A stretch of 64,000 nt of DNA from Dehalococcoidia bacterium (GCA_965261965.1 OZ253489.1:3365131-3429130); one strand, 5' to 3'; counted from the stretch's first letter, positions 25,003 to 35,802 are shown. Notes: a model not told the origin generated them from the sequence alone. Numbers and translations: made by a program.

Positions 25003-27599
25003 TCCACGGCCTCCTCTTCCTCGTCAGCGGCTTCGCCCGCTCCGTCCCCTCCGGCGCCCGCGGCGTTCGGTCTCCGTTTGCTGGTCTGCTTCCTCCGCTC
25101 CGGGTCCGGCTCAGCCGCCCGCTTGTCCGCCTGCCGGGCGGTTTCGATGTCCTCGACGCCCTTGCGGTAGTCGTCCACCTTGCGGTGGCCGTCGGCGTCG
25201 GCGTAGTCCGCCTGCCGGGCCGAGACGGTGTAGGCGGAGGCAGCCTCGCGGATGCGTGCGGCGGTCGCCGGGTCTCCCTCCTCGCGCTTGCGCACCATCA
25301 TCGAGAAGGCGGGCATCCGCTCCTTGCCCACGGTGGCGCGGACGTAGCAGTGGTGGACGGGCAGCGACGTGATGTCGTCCTCGGTTACCCGCTCCTTGCC
25401 CAGCTCCCAGACCAAGTGGCGGGCGTCGGACCCGGACACCTGGAAGACGGCGAGGCAGCCCACGTTGGCGAGCAGAGTGTCCCGCATGGTGCGGGAGAGG
25501 TCGTCCAGCTTGGCCAGGCTCTGGGTGGCGAGGATGAAGGAGGCCCCGAACTTGCCGAGCTCGGAGAGCATGGACTCGTAGTCCACGCCGGGCATCGACT
25601 GCATCTCGTCCACCACCAGCGCGCCGCGCCGCTTCTCCAACGGCAGGCTCCCCTGCTCCCGGATCACGGCGTCCACCAGGTTGAGCAGGGACGCGCCCAC
25701 CAGGGCGGCCACGTCCCTGCCCACGGTCCCCTGGGAGGTGGAGACCAGCAGGACGCCGCCGTCCAGGATGGTGCGGCGCATGTCGATGGTGGAGCGGCGC
25801 TGGCCGAGGATGGCGCGCGCCCGCTTGGAGGAGGCGTAGTAGGAGAGGCGGGTCTGGACGGGGGCGAGGGCCTCGGCCTTGTACTGGGCGTGCCACCTGC
25901 CGAAGTCCCTGGCCCACCACTCCAGGAGGTAGGGGTCGGAGACCTTCTTCAGCACGTCCTTGCGGAAGGGGTCGTCGGAGAGGAGCTTCAGCCCGTCGAG
26001 GATGGTGTATTGCTGCTCCGCCTCCACCTGCTCGTTGGCCTCGTGGAGGGTCTTGACGGTCTGTTCGAGGATGGACTGCATCCTCGGCCCCCACTGCTCC
26101 CAGAGGCCCTTGGCCACCCTGACCACCGAGTCGGCGGTGCGGTCCCGGTCGGCGAAGACGCGGGTGTCCAGCAGGTTGATGCCGGGGGAGCGGGACTCGT
26201 CGGACAGGTCGATGAGCCGCACCCGGTCGATGAGGGACGCGGGCACGTGTTCGAGGATGCCGGCCGCCAGGTCGGTGTGGGGGTCGATGACGACGATGGC
26301 GTCCGGGTCCCTGCCCTCGGCCTTCTCCCGCAGCTTGTGCGTGACGAGGTGGTGCATCAGCGTGGACTTGCCCATGCGGGTGCGGGCGACGTAGAGGTGG
26401 TGACGCCGGAGCAGGTCCTCGGGGAAGCGGATCTCCCGCTTGGCTCCTGCGGTGGTGTCCCCCACCAGCGCGCCTCCCCGGACCCCCTTGGCGGACGGGC
26501 TGAGCGTCCGTGCGCCGGACCGCTCCACCAGGGGGGTCTCGTCGCCCGCGCCGGGCGGGTGCCACAGGCAGGCGACCTCGCGGACGCCCAGCACACTGCG
26601 CTTTCCGAACAGGCCGGGACCTGCCGGGTGGAGCATGGATGGGTCGGTCGCGGTTGGCCGGACTTTGCCGACCTTGAAGCGCGCCCCGGCGGGGTTGTCG
26701 TAGTGCCGGTAGGCGGCGGCGACCGGGCCGAGAAGCTCCCCCGCCCGCTGCGGCATCGTGTCCGGGGGCAGGATCGCCGTCACCTGAAGCTCGGCGTCGA
26801 AGGCGATGCGGGAGACCTTCGCGCCTATCAGGATGGGGTCCTCAACGCGGTTGCGGGCCTTCTTCCAGCGGTGCCATGCCCAGCCGCCGACGGCCAGCCC
26901 CAGGGCCGTGCCCGCCCCTAGGAGCGCCGCCTTCCATATCTCGCCGTCCTGCACCCACAGGTAGCCCTTCAGGGCCGCAAGCGCGCCCAGGCCGAGGACG
27001 GCCATCGTGATGCCGTCCATCTGCAGGGGCTTGGTCTGGAACGTGTAGGCGGGCTCCCTGGGCTCCATGCCGGGCCGCTTGTGGGCCTTGTCCATGTGGG
27101 CCTGGGACCAGTCGGGGCCGAGGGAGCGCAGCAGCAAACGGGCCACGACGCGCTCTCCCTCGTAGAGGGCAGAGAGCGCGCCCATGAGGGCGATGAGGGG
27201 GTCGGAGCCGGGGTCGAGCAGGTCGTCGTCGCGGAAGGTGCGCAGGGGGACGTACTCGGGGCCGTCGGCCCGCAGGGTGATAGACCACGCCTGCTCGCCC
27301 TCTTCGAGCCTGAGCGGATCGTCGTCGGGGCCAACCTGCTGGATGCGGGCCTGGGGGTAGTGGGCCGAGAGCTGGCCGCGCACCACCTGGGCGTCGAGGC
27401 AGCGGGCCATGAGCGTCACGCCGTCCATGTCCCCGGCCAGCTCCAGGGAGAAGGGTTCGGGGACGGCGATGGACTGGAGCAGGTTCTCGACGCCCAGCAG
27501 GGTGCGCTCGCCGGTCCTTGGCGGCGTCACCGCCAGCAGGACCGGACCCTTCTTGCCCTCGTCGTTTCCAAACAGGATGTTTTTCGGGTTCAGCTTCAA
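24999..27599 (-). CDS. VirD4/TraD/TrwB-like type IV coupling protein
   Basis: Two TM segments, Walker A ARTRMGKST, Walker B ALVVDEMQ, ELGKFG...LATQS motif; GAAAGGAG RBS with TTG start. Confidence 0.85.
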   Translation of the reverse strand: MKLNPKNILFGNDEGKKGPVLLAVTPPRTGERTLLGVENLLQSIAVPEPFSLELAGDMDGVTLMARCLDAQVVRGQLSAHYPQARIQQVGPDDDPLRLEEGEQAWSITLRADGPEYVPLRTFRDDDLLDPGSDPLIALMGALSALYEGERVVARLLLRSLGPDWSQAHMDKAHKRPGMEPREPAYTFQTKPLQMDGITMAVLGLGALAALKGYLWVQDGEIWKAALLGAGTALGLAVGGWAWHRWKKARNRVEDPILIGAKVSRIAFDAELQVTAILPPDTMPQRAGELLGPVAAAYRHYDNPAGARFKVGKVRPTATDPSMLHPAGPGLFGKRSVLGVREVACLWHPPGAGDETPLVERSGARTLSPSAKGVRGGALVGDTTAGAKREIRFPEDLLRRHHLYVARTRMGKSTLMHHLVTHKLREKAEGRDPDAIVVIDPHTDLAAGILEHVPASLIDRVRLIDLSDESRSPGINLLDTRVFADRDRTADSVVRVAKGLWEQWGPRMQSILEQTVKTLHEANEQVEAEQQYTILDGLKLLSDDPFRKDVLKKVSDPYLLEWWARDFGRWHAQYKAEALAPVQTRLSYYASSKRARAILGQRRSTIDMRRTILDGGVLLVSTSQGTVGRDVAALVGASLLNLVDAVIREQGSLPLEKRRGALVVDEMQSMPGVDYESMLSELGKFGASFILATQSLAKLDDLSRTMRDTLLANVGCLAVFQVSGSDARHLVWELGKERVTEDDITSLPVHHCYVRATVGKERMPAFSMMVRKREEGDPATAARIREAASAYTVSARQADYADADGHRKVDDYRKGVEDIETARQADKRAAEPDPERRKQTSKRRPNAAGAGGDGAGEAADEEEEAVE

Positions 27600-27629
27600 T
27601 GCTCCACTCCTTTCTCTAACGGACGCTCT

Positions 27630-28346
27630 CTACGTACCCGTCGTCGCGCTCTCGACAGGCGGCGGCAAGGGGCGTTGCCCGTGCTGGCCCGGCCTCCACT
27701 CGATGACCGCCGTCTCCTCCGGGGTGGCCTCGATGCGTACGGGGAAGCGGTTGCCCTTCGCCAGCAGCAAGCCGTCTCCCCTGGGGCAGGACAGCAGCCA
27801 TCGCTGAAGGTCCTTGGGCAGGTCGAAGGCGTCGCCGACCGTGCTGATGGCGGCGGCGTCCTGCTGGAGCAGGAGCTTGAAGGCGGCGTTTTGAAGCAGG
27901 GCGCGCCCGGAGTGGCCGGTGATGGTCCTTGAAGAATCCTCGGAGAGGAGGTCCTGGACGTCCTGGGTGATGAACTGGAGGCCGAGCCGGTGCTTCCTCG
28001 CCCGCTTCGCCATGCTGACCATGAAGGCCGCGCCTTCGGGGTGCTGCATGATGCTCCACACCTCGTCGACGACCAGCAGGCGGGGCTTGGGGTCCTGGGC
28101 CGCCGCCGCCCACACCGTCTCGGTGCAGACCATCGCGGCGGCGGGCCGAAGCTCCGGCTCCAGGAGGTGTAGGTCGAAGACGGTGATCAGGGCTTCGCCA
28201 CTGAGAAGGTCGTCGCCCTCGTCGGAGAGCAGATGACGCAGGCTGCCGGTGGCGAAGGGCCGCAGCAGCCGGGCCAGGGCCTGCCCCGAACTCGATTCGG
28301 GGTCACGGTCGCCCGCCTCGTCCCCTTGGAGGTACTTGTAGAAGTC
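27630..28346 (-). pseudogene. C-terminal fragment of a VirB4-like ATPase
   Basis: DFYKYL...LLVVDEVW...AKRARKHRLGLQFITQDVQD...LLLQQD; no Walker A or start. The 5' part is replaced by adhesin sequence at ~28346. Confidence 0.8.
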
Positions 28347-31300
28347 TTGTTTTCGCCCGGCGCAAAGGTCAGCGTGCCGCTCGTCAACGTGTAGTCGGAC
28401 CCCACCATCGCCGTCCCGTCCTGGGTCCGGTAGTCGACCGTCGCCTCCCAATCCCGGGACGGCGTCCGGTCGAGCGTCACCACGAAGTCGAGCGTCTCGT
28501 CCACGGTTTCGGACGCCTCCGCGTCCGCCACCGACAGCGCCCCCGCGTCGTCGGCGCGCTCGTCCTCGACCACGACGACATCGGGAAGAATGAGGTCGTG
28601 ATAGGCCGGGTCTTGGCTGGACGACCAGTTCAGGAAGACCCGCTCACCGATCTCCTCGTCGTCGTCGATCGCCGCCCTGAGTTCCATGTAGAACGGGGTC
28701 TCCCACTCGTCCGGCGTGATCGCCATTGTGGCATTGGCCGTCGGCAACACCTGCAGATCCGGGTCGCCGTCGGACGCGATCGCCACCACCCATACCGTGT
28801 GTGTCGGCCGGGTGTTGAGCTTGAACCCGTAGCGCCCTCGGGTGTTCTCGCGAAGCGTCAGCCGGTTGTCCGCCAGCGGATTGCCAAAGGCATCGATGAT
28901 CGTGATCCCGGAACCGGCCGGCGGCTGCGCCGTTCCGCCGTCCACCTTGTGGGCGGGCAGCCGGCCCAGCGCGGCATGGGCGAGGACGGCGTCGGCGCCG
29001 TTCACCTTGTGGCCATCCTCGTCGACGAGGTCCGCAGCGTTCTGGATCCGAGCGCCGCCGAGGTCTATCGCGCTCGCCAACGCTCCCACCTCGATGCCGT
29101 TGCTGTCCACGTCGCCCGGCTGCACCGTGTAGTGGAAGTGCACCTTCACGCCCTCCGGCCGGGGCCGGGGCCGCGGGTCGCTGTCCACGTCGGTGTCCGT
29201 TATGCCCGTGTACCGGGCCTCCCGGGTGCTCCCGCCGAGGTCGAAGGCCAGCGTCGGCTGGGGCTGGCCCGTGACCCTCACCTCCTGGTTGAAGGTCAGA
29301 GTGAACACGATCGTCTCGCCCCACCCGTACGCGTCGCCCGATTGCGGCGCGGACTTCACCGCCACCGACGCAACCGTGGGGGCGTCCGTCGCCGCATTGG
29401 TGCGGACCGCGCCGGAGGGGTCCGACCAGGCGCTCGGCGTCTCGCCGTTGAGCGCCCGCACCCGCACCTGGTGCTCCGTGTTCCCCCTCAGCCCGGTGAT
29501 GGTCCTGGTCACGCCGGCGCCGCTGTGCGTGAAGTTGACCCACGTGCCGCTCGGGCCCTCGCGGTACTGCACCTCGTAGCCGGTGATCGCCGGACCGCCG
29601 TTCCGCCCCGGCTCGGTCCAGCTCGCGTCCAGGCTCGTCGCCGAGCCCGAGACCGCCGCCAGCGTCGGCTTCGCCGGTTTGTCCGGCTGCTCGGCCACGT
29701 CCCTGAGGTTGATGGTCACGTCGACGGTGGCGCTGTCGGCGCCGTCCGACGCCTTCACCGTCACCGCGTAGGACGACCGCTCCTCGTAGTTGTAGGTCAC
29801 CCCGGATTTGGTCTGGATCTGGCCCGAGGTGGAGACGATGTCGAACGACGACGCGTCCGTGCCCTCCAGGGTGTATTCCAGCGTGTCGCCGCTGTCGGCG
29901 GGCGTCGCCGTCACCGGCGCGCCGACGTCGACGCCCGCGGCGCTGTTCTCGGGCACCGCGCGCCTCGGGGCGGTCTCGGAGAAGCCCAGGACGTTGTCGA
30001 CGGTCGCGTCCGGCAGGATGGTCGCCGGCAGGTTCGCGGTCGCCTTGACGAACTCGTAGCCCGTGTGAGCGGGGAGCCCGAATTCCGTGGGCAGCGTCGG
30101 CTGTGTCGTCAGGTCCACGTCCACGGTCGCCGCCGCCGTCGTCCCGGCCGTGCGGGTCATGGTGACCGGCTCGCTGTACACCTCGCCCGCCGCCACACTG
30201 AGCTTCGTCACGCCGCCCGCGAGCGTCCCGTTCACCAGCGTCACCGGAATGTCGACCGCGAACGGCGCCCCCGCGAGCACCTTCGCCCGCACCTGGTCGG
30301 TCCCCACCTTCTCCACCGTCACCGTGAGCTCCATCGGATTGGTGGAGTTGCCTTCCAGGGTGAGCACAGTCAGCGCCGTCAGGCCGGAGAACACCCCGTC
30401 GGGGAGCGACTCCAGATCGTTGTCGTCCAGATAGAGCCAAGTCAGCGCCGTCAGGTCGGAGAACACGGTCCCGAGGAGCGACTCCAGATCGTTGTCGCCC
30501 AGACGGAGGGTTCTCAGCGAGGCCAGGCCGGAGAACACCCCGTCGGGGAGAGCAGTCAGAGCGTTGTTGTTCAGACGGAGCTCAGTCAGCGCGGTCGGGT
30601 CGGAGAACACGTCCGCGGGGAGCGACTCCAGATCGTTGTCGCCCAGGTGGAGGGTTGTCAGCGCCGTCAGGCCGGAGAACAGCCCGGCGGGAAGCGAGGT
30701 CAGCCGGTTTTCGTCGAGGTCGAGTTCCGTCAGCTCCGACAGTCCCGAGAACACCCCTTCCGGGAGCGTGTCGAGCCTGTTGTTCTCAATCCACAAGACC
30801 TCGAGCTTGGCCAGGCCGGAGAACAACGCCGCGGGAAGTTTCACGATCCGGTTGCCGTTGATGTTGATGTTCGTCAGTTCCGACAGCCCTGAGAACAGCC
30901 CGGGGGAAATCGTGTCGAGGCCGATGCCGTTCAGATAGAGTTGCCGCAAACTCGTGAGGCCCGAGAACACCGTCTCAGGGAGCCCGGTCCCCAACGATGG
31001 GTTGTCGCCGAGATAGAGAGACTCCAGCGCCGTTAGCCCGGAAAACACATCCGAGGGAAGCGACTCCAGAGCGTTGTTTGACAGATTGATCTCCCTCAAC
31101 GCCGGCAGGCCGGAGAACAGGTCCGAAGGAAGCTCGGTGAGCGAGTTATTTCTCAGAATGAGATACACCAGAGCCGACATCCCCGCGAAATCGCCCGACT
31201 TGAGCGCCGTGAGGTTCTTTCTGAAGATGTCTATGTCCGTGATCGTGGCCAGGTCTGCCACGGTCACCGCCGCGCAGTCATCCACGTCCGCGAGCGCGGC

Positions 31301-34300
31301 CAGGATCGCGTCCTGCACCAGCTGCGTGCGGTCGCAGATGCCGGGCGTCGGCGTCACCGGACCCGCCTCCGCCGCGTCGCCGCCGCCCGCGGTGTTCACC
31401 GCGCGGAGCTCGAAGGTGTGGGCCTCCTCGTTGGTGAGCCCTGTCACCGTGAACGAGTCCTCGTTCGTCTCGTCCGGCCCGCTGTCCGCAATCGCCGTCC
31501 AGGTCATGGGATAGTCCGCGTCCGTCTTGTACCGGAACTCGTGGCCCGTCACTCCCGAATCCAACGCCACTGCTTTCCAGGCGAGCGTCACCTGCGTGTC
31601 GCCCACTTTCGCGGTGAAGTTGGTCGGCGCGTCCGGGGGCGCGGTGCCGTTGACTTGGAGAAAGAAGGCGGAGCCCCGGTTAGTCCAGCTCGTGGCCGTA
31701 CGTCCACGATACAGGCCCGTATTGGCGATGGTCCAACCGGCCGTGGAGGTCGCGTCTTCGCTATTCGCATTCGTGCTCATCCAATTCCTATTACCTGTTA
31801 GGTCGTAATCCGCCAAGACTACATAGGTGTTACCCGCCTCGAGCGTTGCGCTCGCAGGGGCAGTGAAGCTCGCCGCGACTTCGGCTGTCACGCTCGCCGG
31901 ATTGGTCAAGGTATACAGGGAACTGTCCGGATGGCCCGACGAATCGGCGGACCAGACGCTGACGGTCAGCGAGCCGATATTCGTGGACGAAATGTCTAGG
32001 GAGACGAGAATCTCGATCGAGGTGAGCGTGTAGTTGCCGCCGCCGCTGGGGACCGAAAAGCCCTGCGCTGCCAGCCAAGTGTCATTTATGTTACTACCGG
32101 GGCCGCTGTCGGCCTGGCCCATATTGCTCACCAGCACGTTGGTCGGGGTCGGCGGCGCCTCCGCTGTTTGCGAGCCGTCCACCTTGTGGCCCGACCGCTG
32201 GGTGCGGACGGGATAGGCGAGCGGGGCGTCGGCGCTGGTCCCCGTGAACTGGATCGCATCGTCCGCATCGAGACCCACCGGGCCCTTCACGGTGCTGAAG
32301 TCCGTCTCTCCGCCGAGCTGGTAAATGCCGTTACCGTCCATGTCGGTCGACAGCACGGTGTAGCCGAAGACCAGCTCGGCCGTGCCGCTGCCCGACTCGT
32401 ACGCCGCATTCACGTAGTTAGAACCCCCCGAGTTGGCGAGCGAGAACGTGTAAACCGGGTCCCCGGTCACGTCCACTGCTGCGTTGAAGGTCACCGTGAA
32501 CTGGATCGTCTCATCCGCCCCGTAGGTGTCCGTCTCCAGCATCGGCGTCGACGTCACCTCCACCAAGACGATCGAACGCCCGCCGTCCACTCTGTGGCCG
32601 CCCAGCGTGTTGAGCGCGCTATGGATGAGGTTCGCCTTCACGCCCGTGTCCACACTCGTGATCGTGCCGGCCTGGGCGTTCGACATGCGGTCGCCGACCA
32701 GCGTCCGGTCCTGGTCCCCGATCCAGATGCCGTCGTCGTCGGCGTCCGCGGCCAGCACGGTGTAGCCGAACACCAGCGTCGTCGTGCCCGAACCGCGCAG
32801 CAGCGCCGCGCGCTTGGCTCCATCGACGGACAGCACGAAGTCCGTGTCGCTCGTGGCGTTCACCGCCTCGGTGAAGGTCACCGAGACCTCGATGGTCTCG
32901 CCCACCCCGTAGGTGTGCGTCGTCGACCCGTCCGACGAGGTCAGCAGCGGCGTCGACGTCACCGCCACGTCGGTGATCGTCGGCGGCGTCTCCTCGCGCA
33001 TCCGCAGCGTGACTTCGCTCTCCGACGACCAGTCTAGGCCGGTGCTGGCCCATTCGTAGGTCAAGTTAGAAACGCTGAACGCGAACGTGTCGCTGTTGCC
33101 GTCGATATGCAGCACCAGCTTTGCCTTGTCGGCATCGGTGAGCGCGCTGGCCAGACTGATAGTCAAGACGCCGGCGGTGCTGCCCGCTCCAGTATGAACA
33201 GCACCAATCGTGTAATCGTTCGATCCGACACTGAACGTGGTGTCGGACAGGGCGCCTACGTTTGAAGTGAATCCGTATCCAACAATGCCAAACCCTATGA
33301 AGTCGACCGCCTCCACCGTGACCACGCCGCACCAGAGATCGCCGGTGTTCAGGGTGCAGGTCGGGGCCGCCCGGGTCACCGTGACCGTGTAGGTCTCGGT
33401 GGCGTTACCGTCCTCGGCCGTCACCTTCACCTTGATGACGTTGTCGCCCACCGCCAGCGTCACCTGATGGCCGTCCACCCCGGTGTCCGCGTCGTCGATC
33501 GTCGCGTCGTCCCCGTCCAGATAGGCAACCGACGCGCCGGAATCGGTCGTCTCCGCCGTCACCGTCACCTCGGCGACGGCGCTCGCCACCATCGCCGTGT
33601 AGTCGGTGGTGCCCGACGCGAAGGTCACCAGGTCCGTGCCGCCGGCGGTCACCGTCAGATCGCTCAGCGTCGCGTCCGTGGAGAGCGTTGCCGCCCGCCG
33701 CAGACGCAGCGTGACGTTGGGGCCGCCGTCGGACCAGGTCAGATCGGAATCGGCCCAAAAGTAGCCGTGGCCAGTGGGATATGCGGTGGCCTCGCTCACC
33801 TTGAACGTCTTGCTGCCCACATCAAACTCCAGGGTGTTCACGTCATCAGTCGGAAAACTCTTGTCGAGTGTTATCGCCAACGTCCCCGCCCGGGCGCCGC
33901 TCAGGACGAGCAAAGAAGGAATCGTGTAGGTGTCCGACTCGATTGTGATCGTCTGGTCCCCGTTGTTGTCGGTCAGGGCGCCTACATCGGTGTCGGTTTC
34001 GGTTTCGGCAGCCACAAATCCCACTCCGTTACTGCTCGTCCCAACCGTGACCACCCCGCACCAGAGGTCGCCGGTGTTCAGCGTGCAGGTGGTGTCCGCC
34101 GTGTCGTCGTTGGTGATGGTGATCTTCGCCGTCGTGTCCGAAATCACGGCGTTCGTCGCGTTCGACAGCGTCACCGTGAAGGTCTCGTCGTCCTCGACGA
34201 TCTCGTCGTTGACCATCCCGACCGGTTGGCTAACCCTAATGTCTCCCGGATTGAAGGTCAGCGTCCCCGAAGTCGCCGTGAAGTCCGCGGGCGATTCCGC

Positions 34301-35416
34301 CGTGTCGCCGCTCTCGGCCGACGTCCGCCAGTCCACCGTCACCGTCTTGCCGCTCGAGGGCGAGATCGTTACCACGAACGGCACAGAACCGAAAACGGTT
34401 GTTTCCGACGTCGAGACATCCGCTACGCTCAGCGACGGCGGGTCGTCTTCGTCGGTGATCGTGCCCGTCGCGGTCGGGTCCGTCGCCAGTTGCGCGTTCG
34501 ACGACACACCCGACAGCGTCACCGTGAACGTCTCGTCATGCTCGTCCGTCGAGTCCCCCGCCGCCGTCACCGTGAACGTTCCCGCCGTGTCGCCGCCCCC
34601 GATGGTCAGCGTCCCCGTCGTCGACGCGAGATCCGCCGCCGCCGCGTCCTCCTCGTTGCTCCCGAACGACGCCGTCCAGGTCGCCGTCACGTCGTCCGTG
34701 ACCGCTTCCGACAGCGTGACCGGGAAGGTCATGGTGCCGCCCTCGGTCGCCGTGGCATCCCCGACGCTCAGCTCCGGGGTCGAGGGCGTGCCGCCCCCCA
34801 CCGCGGTGCCGTTGACGCGGAGAGTGAAGGCGTAGGTCCGTGCACTCCAACTCGTGTCCGCAGGTGCACGCCGCAGGCCATTATTGGCGAGGGTCCAACC
34901 GGTGATGGAGGTCGCGTCTTCGTCATCCGAATTCGTGCCCCTCCAAGCGGGGCCGACGAAGATGTCCCGGTCGTTATACGCCACGACGAAATAGGTGTTT
35001 CCCGCCTCGAGCGTTGCGCCCGCAGGGGCGGTAAAGCTCGCCGCGACGTTATCTGCCACGCTCGCCGGATTGGTCAAGGTATACAGGGAACTGTCCGGAT
35101 CGCCCGACGCATCGGCGGACCAGACGCTGACGCCCAGCGAGCCGATATCCGTGGAGGAAATGTCGTCGCCGATGAGCATCTCGATCGAGGTGAGCGTGTA
35201 GTTGCCGCCGCTGGGGACCGAAAAGCCCTGCGCCAACCGGCGGTTGTCATTCATCGAGTGAGCGGGAAATTCATCGACCTTCTCGATATTGCTCACCAGC
35301 ACCCCTGCGGACTGCGCCTGGGCCGTGGCGGGCAGGGCGAGCGCGCCGGAGAGCGCGAGCAGCGCCGCTATGGCGGCGAGCAGGACCGGGAAACGTCGTG
35401 TATCGGTGCGAGTCAT
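28187..35416 (-). CDS. Giant secreted multi-domain surface protein (Calx-beta, cadherin-like, FN3, typical-class LRR); native C-terminus lost
   Basis: Signal peptide (MTRTDTRR...ATAQAQS), Calx-beta motifs (SGTLTFNPG, GTLTFAPGE), FN3 (APTNF...VTLAW...FELRAVN), about 14 LRRs of type LxxLPxxLFSGLxxLxxLxLxxN (~30330-31230), cadherin domain. The last Calx-beta is cut at ~28346. Confidence 0.85.
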   Translation of the reverse strand: MTRTDTRRFPVLLAAIAALLALSGALALPATAQAQSAGVLVSNIEKVDEFPAHSMNDNRRLAQGFSVPSGGNYTLTSIEMLIGDDISSTDIGSLGVSVWSADASGDPDSSLYTLTNPASVADNVAASFTAPAGATLEAGNTYFVVAYNDRDIFVGPAWRGTNSDDEDATSITGWTLANNGLRRAPADTSWSARTYAFTLRVNGTAVGGGTPSTPELSVGDATATEGGTMTFPVTLSEAVTDDVTATWTASFGSNEEDAAAADLASTTGTLTIGGGDTAGTFTVTAAGDSTDEHDETFTVTLSGVSSNAQLATDPTATGTITDEDDPPSLSVADVSTSETTVFGSVPFVVTISPSSGKTVTVDWRTSAESGDTAESPADFTATSGTLTFNPGDIRVSQPVGMVNDEIVEDDETFTVTLSNATNAVISDTTAKITITNDDTADTTCTLNTGDLWCGVVTVGTSSNGVGFVAAETETDTDVGALTDNNGDQTITIESDTYTIPSLLVLSGARAGTLAITLDKSFPTDDVNTLEFDVGSKTFKVSEATAYPTGHGYFWADSDLTWSDGGPNVTLRLRRAATLSTDATLSDLTVTAGGTDLVTFASGTTDYTAMVASAVAEVTVTAETTDSGASVAYLDGDDATIDDADTGVDGHQVTLAVGDNVIKVKVTAEDGNATETYTVTVTRAAPTCTLNTGDLWCGVVTVEAVDFIGFGIVGYGFTSNVGALSDTTFSVGSNDYTIGAVHTGAGSTAGVLTISLASALTDADKAKLVLHIDGNSDTFAFSVSNLTYEWASTGLDWSSESEVTLRMREETPPTITDVAVTSTPLLTSSDGSTTHTYGVGETIEVSVTFTEAVNATSDTDFVLSVDGAKRAALLRGSGTTTLVFGYTVLAADADDDGIWIGDQDRTLVGDRMSNAQAGTITSVDTGVKANLIHSALNTLGGHRVDGGRSIVLVEVTSTPMLETDTYGADETIQFTVTFNAAVDVTGDPVYTFSLANSGGSNYVNAAYESGSGTAELVFGYTVLSTDMDGNGIYQLGGETDFSTVKGPVGLDADDAIQFTGTSADAPLAYPVRTQRSGHKVDGSQTAEAPPTPTNVLVSNMGQADSGPGSNINDTWLAAQGFSVPSGGGNYTLTSIEILVSLDISSTNIGSLTVSVWSADSSGHPDSSLYTLTNPASVTAEVAASFTAPASATLEAGNTYVVLADYDLTGNRNWMSTNANSEDATSTAGWTIANTGLYRGRTATSWTNRGSAFFLQVNGTAPPDAPTNFTAKVGDTQVTLAWKAVALDSGVTGHEFRYKTDADYPMTWTAIADSGPDETNEDSFTVTGLTNEEAHTFELRAVNTAGGGDAAEAGPVTPTPGICDRTQLVQDAILAALADVDDCAAVTVADLATITDIDIFRKNLTALKSGDFAGMSALVYLILRNNSLTELPSDLFSGLPALREINLSNNALESLPSDVFSGLTALESLYLGDNPSLGTGLPETVFSGLTSLRQLYLNGIGLDTISPGLFSGLSELTNININGNRIVKLPAALFSGLAKLEVLWIENNRLDTLPEGVFSGLSELTELDLDENRLTSLPAGLFSGLTALTTLHLGDNDLESLPADVFSDPTALTELRLNNNALTALPDGVFSGLASLRTLRLGDNDLESLLGTVFSDLTALTWLYLDDNDLESLPDGVFSGLTALTVLTLEGNSTNPMELTVTVEKVGTDQVRAKVLAGAPFAVDIPVTLVNGTLAGGVTKLSVAAGEVYSEPVTMTRTAGTTAAATVDVDLTTQPTLPTEFGLPAHTGYEFVKATANLPATILPDATVDNVLGFSETAPRRAVPENSAAGVDVGAPVTATPADSGDTLEYTLEGTDASSFDIVSTSGQIQTKSGVTYNYEERSSYAVTVKASDGADSATVDVTINLRDVAEQPDKPAKPTLAAVSGSATSLDASWTEPGRNGGPAITGYEVQYREGPSGTWVNFTHSGAGVTRTITGLRGNTEHQVRVRALNGETPSAWSDPSGAVRTNAATDAPTVASVAVKSAPQSGDAYGWGETIVFTLTFNQEVRVTGQPQPTLAFDLGGSTREARYTGITDTDVDSDPRPRPRPEGVKVHFHYTVQPGDVDSNGIEVGALASAIDLGGARIQNAADLVDEDGHKVNGADAVLAHAALGRLPAHKVDGGTAQPPAGSGITIIDAFGNPLADNRLTLRENTRGRYGFKLNTRPTHTVWVVAIASDGDPDLQVLPTANATMAITPDEWETPFYMELRAAIDDDEEIGERVFLNWSSSQDPAYHDLILPDVVVVEDERADDAGALSVADAEASETVDETLDFVVTLDRTPSRDWEATVDYRTQDGTAMVGSDYTLTSGTLTFAPGENKTSTSTSKGTRRATVTPNRVRGRPWPGCCGPSPPAACVICSPTRATTFSVAKP

Positions 35417-35802
35417 AAGTAGCTACTCCTCGTATCTGTTTGGGGATCCGGGACGCAGACCGTCCGGTCCGCAGGCGTCAGCCGGTGACGGCGCGGCGGG
35501 CGCCGGCGTAGGGCGTCGCATGGGTGAAGGCTGTTCCGGGTGGATGCGGGACGTGCGAAGGCCGGCGGAAGGCGTCCTTTGAGGACGCTGAAAGGCTTAC
35601 GCGCGCGCGAAGAGGCGCGAAGAGAAACGGTGATGGGTTGGGGCCGGGTCTTCCGGTATGAGCCGGAGGGAGCGAGAGGGCTAGAGCAGAGTGAAAATCC
35701 GGGGGGGGGACATCTGTGCTAGACCGCGATGGAAGGCGGCCTCAAGCGCAGTTGTCGCGTCGGCGGCAAGGGCCGCCGGTGCAGTCGCCGTCGCTGTTCC
35801 AT

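Larger units (their letters stand above)
20712..28346 (-). mobile_element. ICE/IME-like module A (VirB4' - T4CP - relaxase-like - XRE - XRE - small ORF - LSR3), 5'-deleted
   Basis: Gene order and paralogy with module B. Confidence 0.75.

Noticed and set aside
24954-26921. 655-aa ORF on + strand (likewise 28598-30892, 32168-33037, 33467-35422)
   Set aside because: Antisense shadows of the T4CP and adhesin.
25002-27599. Walker A starting with Ala (ARTRMGKST) as a possibly inactive ATPase
   Set aside because: It fits the [AG]-x4-GK[ST] P-loop consensus; not unusual.
30330-31230. Second 72-bp periodic region
   Set aside because: Coding LRR repeats of the adhesin.
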